Assembly: GCA_947589655.1 (NCBI GenBank) | Contig: CANQCE010000001.1 | Span: forward strand, 1-46,347 | Length of the DNA stretch: 46,347 bases | From: an uncultured Clostridia bacterium | Lineage (GTDB): Bacteria > Bacillota > Clostridia > Christensenellales > UBA1242 | Direction of reading: 5' to 3' | Shown: in pieces, positions 8,601 through 17,949 of the stretch | How the letters are laid out: each line of letters opens with the position of its first letter | Numbering within the stretch: the first letter of the stretch is position 1 | Program-made: the position numbers and the translations under genes | Notes under the pieces: model-generated | Seen by the model: only the letters and a program-made list of their open reading frames with translations | Databases searched by the model: none | Told to the model about the DNA's origin: nothing

Positions 8601-11600
8601 GTAATTTCGCCTGTGCTATCATCTAAGCACTTCATCAATTTAACATTGTATTGCTCGCCTTCTTCCACTTTGAAGTCTGCCGTGGAACCCAAAATTTGAA
8701 CGGTAAATGTTTTTGCCAAAGTTTCGCTTTGTTTGTATGTTTCTTCTGCCGAACCCAAATCCACCCAAGTTGTGCCAAGTTCATAGCCAAATTCCACCTT
8801 GCCCTTGTCCGCAACACTTCGCTCGTCTGCTTTTCGCCAAGTTTCGGTTGTGGCATCGTTGCTCAACAGATATGTATAAGGATTATCTTTGGAATAAGTA
8901 TCTTTCAATATCTTTTCGTTCTGTTCGCCTGCCAAAATTCCCAGTTCGCCAAGCTTGTTGCTTAAAGTTGGATTCGCAAGTTTGTAAACATTGTTCACCT
9001 GCACAATTTCGCTATCTATATAAGCAACATTTTGCGGCAAAATTTCACCAAGAATTATAAACTTAAGGTAATCGTAAAGGCCGTCACCAAAACGATTGTC
9101 GTCCATCGCAAATGTGGAGAGACGTTTTGAGCCGTCAATTTCTTCTGGCAGAATTTCGTCTGTATTGTTGCTATGTTTCTTCCAAACAACTGTTGTGTCG
9201 CGCGTGCGCTGAGTTTCCCACTCGAACACGCCGTCAACCACTCTGAACTGTGTAAAGCCCAAGAAGGTCACACGCCACAATTCCGATTTGCTCGAGCAAG
9301 AATATCCATTGCCCTGTGCGCAAATTTCAAATGGCTGTTCGCTGCTTGTTTCTTCTGAGAAGTCTTCGCCAAACACGCCAACAAAACAGTCGTCAAGTTT
9401 TGCGGAATTTTCGGTGTTCAGTGTTAAATAGAACATTAAATGTGTGCTGTCTTGTTGGGTGTCACCATTGCTGTCGCATTCGTAAACTGAGACAAATTTA
9501 TCAGGATTTTCGTCAAAGGTTGTAAGCACATATTTGGCTTCACCAGCCTGCACTCTCCACTGGTTTTCCACAATGCGATATCTCTTTGCCCCAACTTGAA
9601 CAAAGTATTGTTTTGCATCCTCAAAGTTTCCGCCCTGAGCAACAATTTTTGATTTTTGAACCACAACTTTATATGAGTTTGATATGTTTGTTTTGATATT
9701 ATCTTTTGGTTTTCTTAAAATTTGAACATCTGGTTCTTCGTTTACATTAATCTCGTTGACATCATTTGCCGAAAAACTATACCAATCGGAATTCAAAGTG
9801 TGGTAATTCCCAACAAGGCAATAGGACAAACTGTATTTGCCAGATTGCAAGGTTTCAAAAACGCTGTCAAAGAACGCCTTTTGATTGCCAATTCCAAAGC
9901 GTGCATTTTCAAGCTCTGATTTTAAGTTTGCAAGAAGTTCTCCGCCAGTTCCTCCTACGCTGGAAAGTTGACCCAGCGTCTCCAAAGGCGTGATGTCTTT
10001 AGAATGGCTAAATTCTTCCAAACTTGCCAGCAGATAAAGCGCATTTACATAATAAGTTTTAACAACTTTTGGCTCTGATACAGATTCAAAACGCAAACAG
10101 AACCTTACTTGCTCATTTTCTCTTGTGCTGATAAGGTCAGAAACCGTAAAGGTGAATGGGCTTGTGAACACATGTGATGTAACTTTTGCTGCAAGGCTTG
10201 GTGCATTGTAACTGCCTCCCTTTGGTGAAAGCATTGTAATAAAATTGTCCTCATCCTGCTCGTCTTGAACCCAATCAACTTGCAAAGCACCGTCTTTAAG
10301 TGTTAGTTTGCTTTTCACTTGATTGCGATGTATTTCCATTTTGCTGCCAGAGCCATCTATGTTTGTTGTTTTGTAGGTCTGTGGCGAAGAAAGCACAAAT
10401 GCGTCCTTTTTGTTTATGCTTTGAATTGCAACATAGTAACTGCCAGATGTTGTGAACTTGGTCGCCTCATATCTTGGAACATCGCCTTCTGTTTCATGCA
10501 TAGAGAAAGTGGACGTTTCGTCCCCTTCTTTTGGAACATTATACAAATATACATAATATGTTTCAACATTGTTGCCACCGCGCGACCAAACAATGTCCCC
10601 TTCTTGAAGTTGAATATTGCGAAGTTTTGCCAGTCTTGTAAAGGTTAAAGGAACCGCATCTCCTTCTTCTTTCTCCCAAGACGATACCCAGTTTGAGATG
10701 CTATAAACACCGTTTACCACTGCAATTTTTGAGAAAGATACATCTGCCTTGCCTTGCAGCGCAGCAAGTTCTTCGCTATCAAAAATTTCAAGTAAATTTA
10801 TGGCAAAAAGTTTTTTGTCAACTTTATCTTCTGCAAAGAAATCTATTGATTTCAATTTTTCTTTGTCTATAAACTTAACAATGTCATATTCAGCATTCTC
10901 GGCGTGCTGAACAACCCTTACATTAATGCCCAAAGTTTCTTTTGTGCCATCCTCATCGTCATCCACAAATGTTGCATAAGTGTTAATGTAGTCTTGTTTT
11001 ACAGTTTCGCTGTTGGTTTTTTCGCCAAGTTTAACAATGCTTTCAACTGCAAAATCGGTGATAACGCTAAATGAGAATTGGTCATAACTTTGTGAGCAAA
11101 CGCTCAGAACATTTTCGTCTGCACTTGCTTGCCATGCCCAGAAATACAGTTGCCCAGAGACTTCTCTGCCAAGAACGGCAGTAAGCCCAAGGAAGGAGTA
11201 TTCAAACACTTTGCTGTCGCCATCAATTTTTCCGTTGGTTAATGTTATTTCGTTCGCCTCACTTTTTTTAAGGCTGTCTGTCTCCAAGCCGACCAAAATT
11301 GTAATTTCGTCTTGTTCAATAACGCTGGAATTGAATGTGAATTGAATATTTTGCAAGTTTTCTTCGCTGTAACCAACCTTTGTCAAATCGTTAGTTTTAA
11401 GGAAGGACAAATCGGTTTCTTTTGTATGGAACACAACCGAATCAAAGCCAAAATCATGTTCCAAAGAGGTCACATCCCCTGCCAAAATTTGTGCTTCAAG
11501 TGCAAAATTGCCATTTGGACAATTCTCTTTAAATTTTTCTCCAAAAGCGTCTGTGGTTGTGTCAAGCAAATTCATTATGCCGTTGGAAGATGTTACTGTT

Positions 11601-14600
11601 CGCCAATCAGTAATTTGTGCCTCATTGTAATGCGAAATGAAGCGATATCTGTATTGGTTCTGGCTTTTGGTTGTCAAATACAAAAGCCCTTTGCTTACGT
11701 TAAAATCGGTTTTTTCGTCTATGGTGTTGCCATAAATTAGCGCCTTTATGTGTTTGGAAAGCGAGTAGTTTTTCTCGCCACTTGGCACTGAAATTATTTC
11801 CATTTCAAGTGGAACATCTGTTTTTAATTCTTCTTCCGAAACAATGCCGTTTTGAACAAGCAATGAATAGTTTCTGCCAAAAATTGTGTTAAGTTCAATT
11901 TTAACATCGCCTGACTCACTGTTTTTCACCCTGTATTCATATGGTTTGGCAATTTGCTTATCTTGCCTATACACCCTAAACAAATATTCTTTTGCTTCAT
12001 CAACCCTGTTCCAAACAAGGCTTAAAGAGTTGTCGTCTTTCGCTCTTTCAAGGCTAACTTTATCCACCGCGGCAAGCCTTGAAAGTGAATAAGAATATTC
12101 GTTCGCCTTGGACATAATGTATTTTGTTCTGTCGCCGTCTTTATATGGCTGAACAGCATATATATTCAAAGTATAAGAGGTGTCTTCGTTCCAATATCCG
12201 TCCTCTGGGATAGTAAATTCAAACACTGTTCCTTCTTCCGTGTTCTCGCCGACCACTTGATATGTGTGAGAGTTATATTCAACTATATAAATGGTGTTGT
12301 CGTTGTTAAGGTCGCTGGAAATTTTAAAGCCATATTCAGTTCTGGTAATATCTGAGCCTGTTTTAACTTGCTGCAAAACTGTATATGTTTCGCTGGAAAC
12401 ACTGTTTGGGCAAGCCAAAACATATGTTTCTCCATCCACAAAATTGTTTGCAAATGCACTGATAGTAATTGTGCCGCCGTCAGCCAGATTTTGTTCAATA
12501 AATTCTTTAAGCGAATATGTAATTGTGCCGTCTACACTGTCAGTGTCTGCCACAACATATTGCGTTTCTTCAGCCTCTGTGTTGTTCTTTTTGTATTTAA
12601 TTTCAAGAACAATTCCGCCAGCAAATTCTTTTGGTCTTGCCGTTTGTGCATTAAATGACAATTTAAGGTTTCTAGAGAACCCTCTGTTTTCTTCTGGTTC
12701 TTCCGCCGTCTGTTCATTGATGATGTTTCTTTCAAATTCCACGCCTGTCAGTTCGCTTGCACGCAGAACGGTTAAAGTTTTCTCTTGAGAAGGCAATGCC
12801 GCCTCGTTTTCGCCACCCTCGCAAAGCACATAAATTTGTATTTTAAGGGCCTGCGCCGTGCCGATAAGGTTTGCAAAATCTTGATAAGGAATTGTAAGTT
12901 TGTAAGCCTCCTCTTGGTAAGAAACCATTTGTTTTGTCAAAAGCGTGTTGTCGTTTAAAACAACTTGGAACACGGCTGAATTTCCGTAGTTGCCAGTTAT
13001 CTTTATTTCAATATTTGGATTCTGTCTATTTGCATCTCCAACATAGGCAAAAGTAAACTCCTTAATTTCTGGGATAGACAGTTTTTTAATGGTTTGTGTT
13101 GTTCCATAAACATAATAGTTGTTTTCCGTCTCGCCACTTAAAAGTGCTTGTGTGCCTTTTTCGTAATAAATTGTGTCGCCTTCAATTTTATGAGGTTTTA
13201 TGTGTGCAGCAACTTGAACTTGAACATCGCCAGCCGACAGTCCGCTGATAATCTCGCGCAAATCTTTAATGTCGTTAAGGTTTATCTGTGTGTTGGTTGT
13301 TTTGTAGGTTTTGTAAGAGCCTTCTGCATCTGCCCCTTGGAAGAACACCACATATTCAAGGCCGCCTATGTTGGCGCCAAATTCGCCCCAACTGATTAAA
13401 TTGCTTGCATATGTAACATTTTTCTCTGTTTCTTGTGCAAGTTTGCTCATTGTGAGCAACTTGTAAGAAACCTCAGCACTATCAAGATAATATGTCGTTT
13501 CGTTTTCATTCAAAGAAGGAACTTCGCCAGCACCAACAACGCTTATCTTGTATGTTCCCGTTTTGCCATCAAGTGTTATTGTTCCGTTATGTATTGTGCT
13601 TTCGGTTGTAGAGCCTTGTTCCTCCGCAAAAGTAACTTTAATGCCATGGTTATATGTGGAATTGTCATCCGCAGTGACAATTTTCAATTTAAGCGTGGCT
13701 TCTTCGGTTAATGTAACGCTTTCAACAGGCGAAAGTCTGTAAACATTAATTCTATTTGACATTGCCGAGGACAGATAATATGGGTTTGTAACTTCAACGT
13801 AAAAAGTGTAGGTTATAGATGGGGCGTAGTCAGAACTAGCAAACGTCACACCTTGAGCGTTGTAATCTTGTCCCCCCTCACTAAATTCCTCCGATGGAAT
13901 AACCTCTGTGTGGGCCCTGCCAGAAGCATCTGTCCAAGCCCTATAAATCACATATTTTGTTTCGGCAAGTTTGTCTGTTGCGACGCCTTCTGGCTTTGTC
14001 CAAGTAAGAGAATATGAATCGGCAGTATTTTTAAAAGATATTTCAATTGGGGCAATTTTCCCAACGTTTAACCCATCGCTGTTCAAAGATGAAAGTGAAA
14101 CATTTGTTACACCGTCTTCCGCAACGGTTGCATTGTTTTCGTATGCCCAAACTGAAAATTCAATGTTCTCTGTTACATCCAATATGTTCCGCAATTGTGC
14201 GTTTTCAAGTTTTTGAAGAATATCGGCAATTTTAATTGTAATATTGGTCATATTTGGATTATAAAATGCCTCATCGCCTGTAACTTCTTCTTCGGTTGTG
14301 TCGCCGCCAGTAACGCTTGTTCTTACAGTTGCTTTGTTTTCAGTTTTTTGCACTTCAATTAAAAGCGTGTATCTGTCTCCGCCAGCCGTGCAAGCCATTT
14401 CAACACAATAATAATCTGCGTTCGTAATTTGTGAGTGCGTGAATTTTAACTCGCCGTTTTTATACTCCAAATTTTCTGGGGCTGTCATGCGAGTGAAATT
14501 GAATTTTGCAGGTGTGCTGTCCAAATATATAGTCTGTGCAGCGGTAAACAAGTTGTTCCCCAAAATTTCTGTTCCAAGCAAAGTGAATTGAAGGTTAAAA

Positions 14601-17128
14601 CTGTTTTTGTCCGTTATGTCAACATAAACGCTGCCACCTTTATCTTGTGGAGTAATGTCTCCACTATCGATTCGCGCTTCAATTTTTCTTACACCAGTTT
14701 TAGCATTAAGTGTAACAGAGTTTGTTCTGCTATCAAAAACAAGGTCGTCATGCTTTACAGCCGCAAGCCTTTGAACCGTTATAATTTTTTCTGTGGTTGG
14801 CGTATGCACTTTTTCGTCTTTGCCATGCCCCACAACTTTAACTGTAAAAGTGCCAGAGGCAAATGCGTTATCAATGGCATAAATGCCGTCTTCTCTTTTG
14901 GCAATTGTTTGAGGTTGACCCTGAGAAAGCCCATTGTTTACAGTTATTTCGTAACTTACAGTGTCCTTATCGTCACCTTCAATTTTAACAAAATAGCCGT
15001 CAGTTTGGCGTTGCGTTTTTAATGATGCATCAAAGCCAAAATAAACGCTGCCGTGTTCAAGTTGCCTTGAAAGAGAGAAGAATTTGTTTAAACTTCCTCT
15101 GGATGAAACATCGGTTGGCTGAGTTGCCACAGCAAACACTTTAACAAAGTAAAAGCCTTCTTTGCTAAATGTGTATTCTGGCGAAGAAACAGTAACTACC
15201 TCTTTTTTAACAGATTCCTCTGGTTGAAAACCTGGCTTTTCATATTCTTCTTTATATTCGTTAAATGTGTAAATCTCCAAGCGATATTGTGCGTTGCTTT
15301 CGCCCTGCCATTTATATGTCCAGCCGTCAATATCGTTTTCCGCCTTTTGTGGCACGCCAAGTTCCTTAAATGCTTGTGAGGTTTTGCTGGAAATGCTTGT
15401 AAGAGGGTTCTCTGCAAAGGCCTCAATTTCAAATTTGTGCAAGCTCTCTTGTGCCTGATAAATGTTTTCAATGGCGCCGTCAAGGGTGAATTTTAACATT
15501 CCATTATCGGCACTTTGGAACTCGGTTGAAATGTTATCCCATGTGCTGCCGTTAAAATGGCGCAAGGTGTATGTTTTTGCATTTGCAACAGGTTGAAATG
15601 TAAGCACAGAAGCCCCTTCAACATAACTGTGAGAAATGCCACCAACAAATGCCTCCAACTTTTCAAAAGTTTTCGTCTCGCTGGCATCTGAATTGATTAC
15701 AAAAACATCTTCCCCATTTATTTTGTTGTTTTGCAGCGAAGGCAACTGCGTAATTGAAAATTCTTGCACGCCTGTTCCGCTTGCTGCTATTTCAAAATCC
15801 TTCGTTTTTTTGTTCGTTGTGTCAAAGCCAGAGTATATGGCAGTGGCTGCCCCAGAAACTGCAAATTTTGTTTGAACAGCACAATCTGTTTCAATGCCTG
15901 CTCTCACATTAAAGGTGCTTGAATTTGCCTCGTTGTTGCCAAGCCCTTCAAATGTGGAAATTTTTTCAAGTTTATAAATTTTGCCTATCGAAATTTCATC
16001 ACTCTTGTAATAGAACGCCCCATTTGAAACGGCATCCACATAAATGGTGGCATCCCAAAGCCCTGCATCAAGTGCTGGGAGTTCGGTTAGCAAATTGTTT
16101 GTAAGGCTTGTGAATGTAAAGGTTTTCTCGGTATCCTCATTTTTCAGTTTTAGGTTATAACTTTGTGCATATGTAATTGGAGAAATTGCCAATCTGCCGC
16201 CTGATTGCTGGTCAAAATTATAGTTGACCACAGGGGGCTGCAATTTTATAATGGAAACCTCGTCACTCTCTTTTGCAAGCAGTTTATCTGCGGCATCGTA
16301 AACCAAAACGCTGGCAGTGTGCCTTCCGCTTTCGGCACGAGACAGCCTGTCGTTTAAATCTATTTCAGTTTCGGTTTGCTGCTCGCCCAAAACTGCCCCA
16401 TCAAACTTAACCTGATATTTTGCACCTTCAACGGCACTCCAAGAAAGTTTTCCGTTTGCAAATGAAAAATCGCTTTGCGCAAGGTTTGGCATATAGCCGT
16501 AATAAACTGTAACGGCTTCGGTTTCTGCGCCGTCATCAAAATATCCCTTTGCGGCGGCTTTAACTTTAAGGTTATAAACGCCTTCTTCGGTTGGTTTAAA
16601 AGTTGTTCCAGTAACCCTTTGATTTATTTCTTTAACCTCGTCCGCTTGCCCAAGTCCGCTATCTGCATAAGAGGTGAAAGTTCCTGAAACTATGTATTCT
16701 TCTGCTGCTGTTGGGGTGGTTTCACCATCAAAATATTCCACCACAGCATCCCAAAGCAAATTGCCATCTTTATCAGCACGAAAATTTGCTGGCGCATCAA
16801 ACGGCTTTTTAATCACCAATTGCATGCTTGCCAAACTGCTTTTATCGTGCACAGCCATAACATTGGTTTTGCCATAAGCGTTGCCAACAGGGGTTGCCAC
16901 CCTATCTGTAACCGTGAAAAGCGAAGTGTTGGAAATTTGATATTTCACGCCCAGCTTGTCCACACCAGTAACCTGCAAATAATCGTCAAGCACTATGCTG
17001 CCGCCTGCCGAAACTGCAACTTCTGTTTCCGTGAATTTTGCTTCCACCTTTTTGAACGAACAAGCCATCAAAACGCCTGAAAGCATAAGCGTGAACACGG
17101 AAAGTAAAATCAAATTTAATTTTTTCAT
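5612..17128 (-). CDS. giant (about 3,838 aa) cell-surface lipoprotein with N-terminal Big_2-like Ig domain, dozens of divergent FN3/Ig-like modules and a C-terminal GLUG-repeat beta-helix-like domain
   Basis: One uninterrupted 11.5 kb ORF. The ATG at 17128 follows AGGTG and gives MKKLNLILLSVFTLMLSGVLMAC (lipobox LMAC). A module signature recurs throughout, e.g. GKLSWSAVEGAKYQVKF, SLSLVWNRVDEAKEYLFRVY, SLTWTKPEG...KYVIYRAW, GDIVWSRGGNNVETYYVYLY and GLLKWDAVTG. The C-terminus has FEGTFNGELDGNNQTL, then repeated G-x-x-G/N-x-G-x-I-x-x-C strands (ISGLAITNSGTVQNV, FVGGIVYTNYASVTSC). Confidence 0.9.
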   Translation of the reverse strand: MKKLNLILLSVFTLMLSGVLMACSFKKVEAKFTETEVAVSAGGSIVLDDYLQVTGVDKLGVKYQISNTSLFTVTDRVATPVGNAYGKTNVMAVHDKSSLASMQLVIKKPFDAPANFRADKDGNLLWDAVVEYFDGETTPTAAEEYIVSGTFTSYADSGLGQADEVKEINQRVTGTTFKPTEEGVYNLKVKAAAKGYFDDGAETEAVTVYYGYMPNLAQSDFSFANGKLSWSAVEGAKYQVKFDGAVLGEQQTETEIDLNDRLSRAESGRHTASVLVYDAADKLLAKESDEVSIIKLQPPVVNYNFDQQSGGRLAISPITYAQSYNLKLKNEDTEKTFTFTSLTNNLLTELPALDAGLWDATIYVDAVSNGAFYYKSDEISIGKIYKLEKISTFEGLGNNEANSSTFNVRAGIETDCAVQTKFAVSGAATAIYSGFDTTNKKTKDFEIAASGTGVQEFSITQLPSLQNNKINGEDVFVINSDASETKTFEKLEAFVGGISHSYVEGASVLTFQPVANAKTYTLRHFNGSTWDNISTEFQSADNGMLKFTLDGAIENIYQAQESLHKFEIEAFAENPLTSISSKTSQAFKELGVPQKAENDIDGWTYKWQGESNAQYRLEIYTFNEYKEEYEKPGFQPEESVKKEVVTVSSPEYTFSKEGFYFVKVFAVATQPTDVSSRGSLNKFFSLSRQLEHGSVYFGFDASLKTQRQTDGYFVKIEGDDKDTVSYEITVNNGLSQGQPQTIAKREDGIYAIDNAFASGTFTVKVVGHGKDEKVHTPTTEKIITVQRLAAVKHDDLVFDSRTNSVTLNAKTGVRKIEARIDSGDITPQDKGGSVYVDITDKNSFNLQFTLLGTEILGNNLFTAAQTIYLDSTPAKFNFTRMTAPENLEYKNGELKFTHSQITNADYYCVEMACTAGGDRYTLLIEVQKTENKATVRTSVTGGDTTEEEVTGDEAFYNPNMTNITIKIADILQKLENAQLRNILDVTENIEFSVWAYENNATVAEDGVTNVSLSSLNSDGLNVGKIAPIEISFKNTADSYSLTWTKPEGVATDKLAETKYVIYRAWTDASGRAHTEVIPSEEFSEGGQDYNAQGVTFASSDYAPSITYTFYVEVTNPYYLSSAMSNRINVYRLSPVESVTLTEEATLKLKIVTADDNSTYNHGIKVTFAEEQGSTTESTIHNGTITLDGKTGTYKISVVGAGEVPSLNENETTYYLDSAEVSYKLLTMSKLAQETEKNVTYASNLISWGEFGANIGGLEYVVFFQGADAEGSYKTYKTTNTQINLNDIKDLREIISGLSAGDVQVQVAAHIKPHKIEGDTIYYEKGTQALLSGETENNYYVYGTTQTIKKLSIPEIKEFTFAYVGDANRQNPNIEIKITGNYGNSAVFQVVLNDNTLLTKQMVSYQEEAYKLTIPYQDFANLIGTAQALKIQIYVLCEGGENEAALPSQEKTLTVLRASELTGVEFERNIINEQTAEEPEENRGFSRNLKLSFNAQTARPKEFAGGIVLEIKYKKNNTEAEETQYVVADTDSVDGTITYSLKEFIEQNLADGGTITISAFANNFVDGETYVLACPNSVSSETYTVLQQVKTGSDITRTEYGFKISSDLNNDNTIYIVEYNSHTYQVVGENTEEGTVFEFTIPEDGYWNEDTSYTLNIYAVQPYKDGDRTKYIMSKANEYSYSLSRLAAVDKVSLERAKDDNSLSLVWNRVDEAKEYLFRVYRQDKQIAKPYEYRVKNSESGDVKIELNTIFGRNYSLLVQNGIVSEEELKTDVPLEMEIISVPSGEKNYSLSKHIKALIYGNTIDEKTDFNVSKGLLYLTTKSQNQYRYRFISHYNEAQITDWRTVTSSNGIMNLLDTTTDAFGEKFKENCPNGNFALEAQILAGDVTSLEHDFGFDSVVFHTKETDLSFLKTNDLTKVGYSEENLQNIQFTFNSSVIEQDEITILVGLETDSLKKSEANEITLTNGKIDGDSKVFEYSFLGLTAVLGREVSGQLYFWAWQASADENVLSVCSQSYDQFSFSVITDFAVESIVKLGEKTNSETVKQDYINTYATFVDDDEDGTKETLGINVRVVQHAENAEYDIVKFIDKEKLKSIDFFAEDKVDKKLFAINLLEIFDSEELAALQGKADVSFSKIAVVNGVYSISNWVSSWEKEEGDAVPLTFTRLAKLRNIQLQEGDIVWSRGGNNVETYYVYLYNVPKEGDETSTFSMHETEGDVPRYEATKFTTSGSYYVAIQSINKKDAFVLSSPQTYKTTNIDGSGSKMEIHRNQVKSKLTLKDGALQVDWVQDEQDEDNFITMLSPKGGSYNAPSLAAKVTSHVFTSPFTFTVSDLISTRENEQVRFCLRFESVSEPKVVKTYYVNALYLLASLEEFSHSKDITPLETLGQLSSVGGTGGELLANLKSELENARFGIGNQKAFFDSVFETLQSGKYSLSYCLVGNYHTLNSDWYSFSANDVNEINVNEEPDVQILRKPKDNIKTNISNSYKVVVQKSKIVAQGGNFEDAKQYFVQVGAKRYRIVENQWRVQAGEAKYVLTTFDENPDKFVSVYECDSNGDTQQDSTHLMFYLTLNTENSAKLDDCFVGVFGEDFSEETSSEQPFEICAQGNGYSCSSKSELWRVTFLGFTQFRVVDGVFEWETQRTRDTTVVWKKHSNNTDEILPEEIDGSKRLSTFAMDDNRFGDGLYDYLKFIILGEILPQNVAYIDSEIVQVNNVYKLANPTLSNKLGELGILAGEQNEKILKDTYSKDNPYTYLLSNDATTETWRKADERSVADKGKVEFGYELGTTWVDLGSAEETYKQSETLAKTFTVQILGSTADFKVEEGEQYNVKLMKCLDDSTGEITTKQYITASSKQSTISGGTLDAVNKDNLLLEDGLLKWDAVTGRTVDGQLIEVPKEAKIIYRVVVERYITSYTVDGEQYPHIGSDPYDTYYTANTYFDFSDMKKNDADSQQGVKYRATVQALALYLHDTQSEGDITLVEGGYAGGDVSFVADGHVFMGNGASKDGITRLESVNQDIGITDGKLSWTFTPSDASAPAENFKEKYGFIVKDDDKNVIEGDFTVSLENGTYTIIFTEQPGAMKEGTYNISVTTTKGTANADDVVNSFTVTSSQEITKLAKIVLGDYTFEPNYDVQRETLSFEEYFKIEGNEQNKITATFTLQDEQKQVVFTSSASKFYILQAEQAAIQATNGDNYVHTTKDDQNIRDYIVIGDNASASVTFVVSREGGSTLASDTSENFVLQRSGWEGGQSITWNSQAGEFTWNFNKNSLKSATTANKMKLRYTVQDNTTLYTDQNLEETAETTIEKGTEVTVQEIIQVEGNGSYAKILYQASDGDGDGIYYIRYSSLKAEFVKEMEGENPVTKALGMTDLFEIVDEQTDKIIILLQNEYFEIETKLLQKPEFVVKATYNEKTADGNSATPTVRIYTTTDRVFRPTIIGRVSITIRIKLNNISLESEELDSEQVDFGLFESGEGTQNDQYIIKTAEQFKNIIYRMSKDEYLNKYTQQADSAEGYVSGTETDKYYFKIADDSEEIDLHDIEGILFEGTFNGELDGNNQTLKYVSSKTEELARTGGDITIASKDTAVKLSTQITTLTYTQGSALFGAIGNNGVIKDLNLSIKFGKEGSGEFVKISNHALISGLAITNSGTVQNVNLTSFENKFYGDTGAGGDSRTAMAYSGVVSINSGNAKITGCSVKTSIEIDDNNSAQLIFVGGIVYTNYASVTSCTAGKQREESEPEPNVDKIQVTFKKSFGAMQLSGIAVTNGSEATLSDCTNNMDIVIVVPDENSLQCYVAGIACLGQNMSNQQTNKNNGEFQYDASKLTNVHKTDAGIYAVISAGN

Positions 17129-17179
17129 ATAACACCTCATTTTTTTCTCTTGGGTGAGTCGGTCACAATTTACAAGATT

Positions 17180-17209
17180 ATTCTAACACTTTTGCTTTGA
17201 ATTTATCAA
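17180..17209 (-). promoter_or_regulatory. candidate sigma-A promoter of the giant surface-protein gene
   Basis: On the minus strand: TTGATA, 18-nt spacer, TGtTAGAAT (extended -10). The -10 lies about 50 nt upstream of the ATG at 17128. Confidence 0.3.
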
Positions 17210-17361
17210 ATAAATAACAAAAGATTTTTATAATATATATAAAATATTTTGTAAAAAAAAATTTGTCAGCCACGTTATAAAGCGAAAAAATTGTAAAAAT
17301 CAACCTAAAATATTTTTTCATCACGCACTGTCGGTGTTTTAAATATTTTTATAAAAAAAAG

Positions 17362-17409
17362 AAAAATAGCAAAAAAATTGCATTTTTTATTAAATTTTTG
17401 CTATTTTTT
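17362..17409 (-). terminator. AT-rich hairpin, possible terminator of the upstream 155-aa gene
   Basis: Perfect 14-bp inverted repeat AAAAATAGCAAAAA (17362-17375) / TTTTTGCTATTTTT (17396-17409). On the minus strand a T-run follows it. The stem is weak because it is almost all A/T. Confidence 0.3.
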
Positions 17410-17445
17410 TGCAATTTTTTATATTTTTTTGAAAAAATCATTTTT

Positions 17446-17913
17446 TTAATTTATCATGTTGACTTTAAAAAAATTCTCTTTTAAAAATTTTAAAGAACTT
17501 TTTTTGTTGTCCAAAACAAGCAGCAAATCATCTTTAATTTTGTTGTCTGCAACAGTGTTTATAACAGTGGAAACATCCAAAATGCCAATTTCAAGCAGTT
17601 CAATGTCTGAAAGCACCCCTTTGTTAAAATCTTGGGTGTAGTTGATGCTTGCCGCCGTCAAGAACTTGCGAGAGGAGTTGTAAAACTTGTTCTCTCCGCC
17701 CATTTGTATAAGAATTTTGCTTAATATTTTGCAATTTTTAAGTTCATTTTCATAAAGTTTTTTCAAAACACCCTGAAACTGGGGTTTTAAGTTTTCACAA
17801 AGCGTAAACTGATAAAAAAATTGCATAAACGAGGAAAAGCATCCCTTTGAACCTGCATATAAATTTTGCACAAGCCCTTGGTAATAGGAATTTTTCACAT
17901 ATTTTTCTTTCAC
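17446..17913 (-). CDS. hypothetical protein (155 aa)
   Basis: Clean ORF, same strand as its neighbours. It has only a vague resemblance to four-helix-bundle ferritin-like proteins (NLYAGSKGCFSSFMQFFYQ ... YENELKNCKILSKILIQMGGE), and the usual metal ligands are not conserved. No firm call. Confidence 0.5.
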   Translation of the reverse strand: MKEKYVKNSYYQGLVQNLYAGSKGCFSSFMQFFYQFTLCENLKPQFQGVLKKLYENELKNCKILSKILIQMGGENKFYNSSRKFLTAASINYTQDFNKGVLSDIELLEIGILDVSTVINTVADNKIKDDLLLVLDNKKSSLKFLKENFFKVNMIN

Positions 17914-17949
17914 AAAAATTCTTATGCAAAGTTTTCAATTTTTGACATT

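Noticed and set aside
5657-17080. Dozens of plus-strand ORFs (60-189 aa) inside the giant gene
   Set aside because: All are antisense to one continuous 11.5 kb frame with consistent domain signatures. Their products are low-complexity, Cys/Phe/Leu-rich sequences typical of shadow frames.
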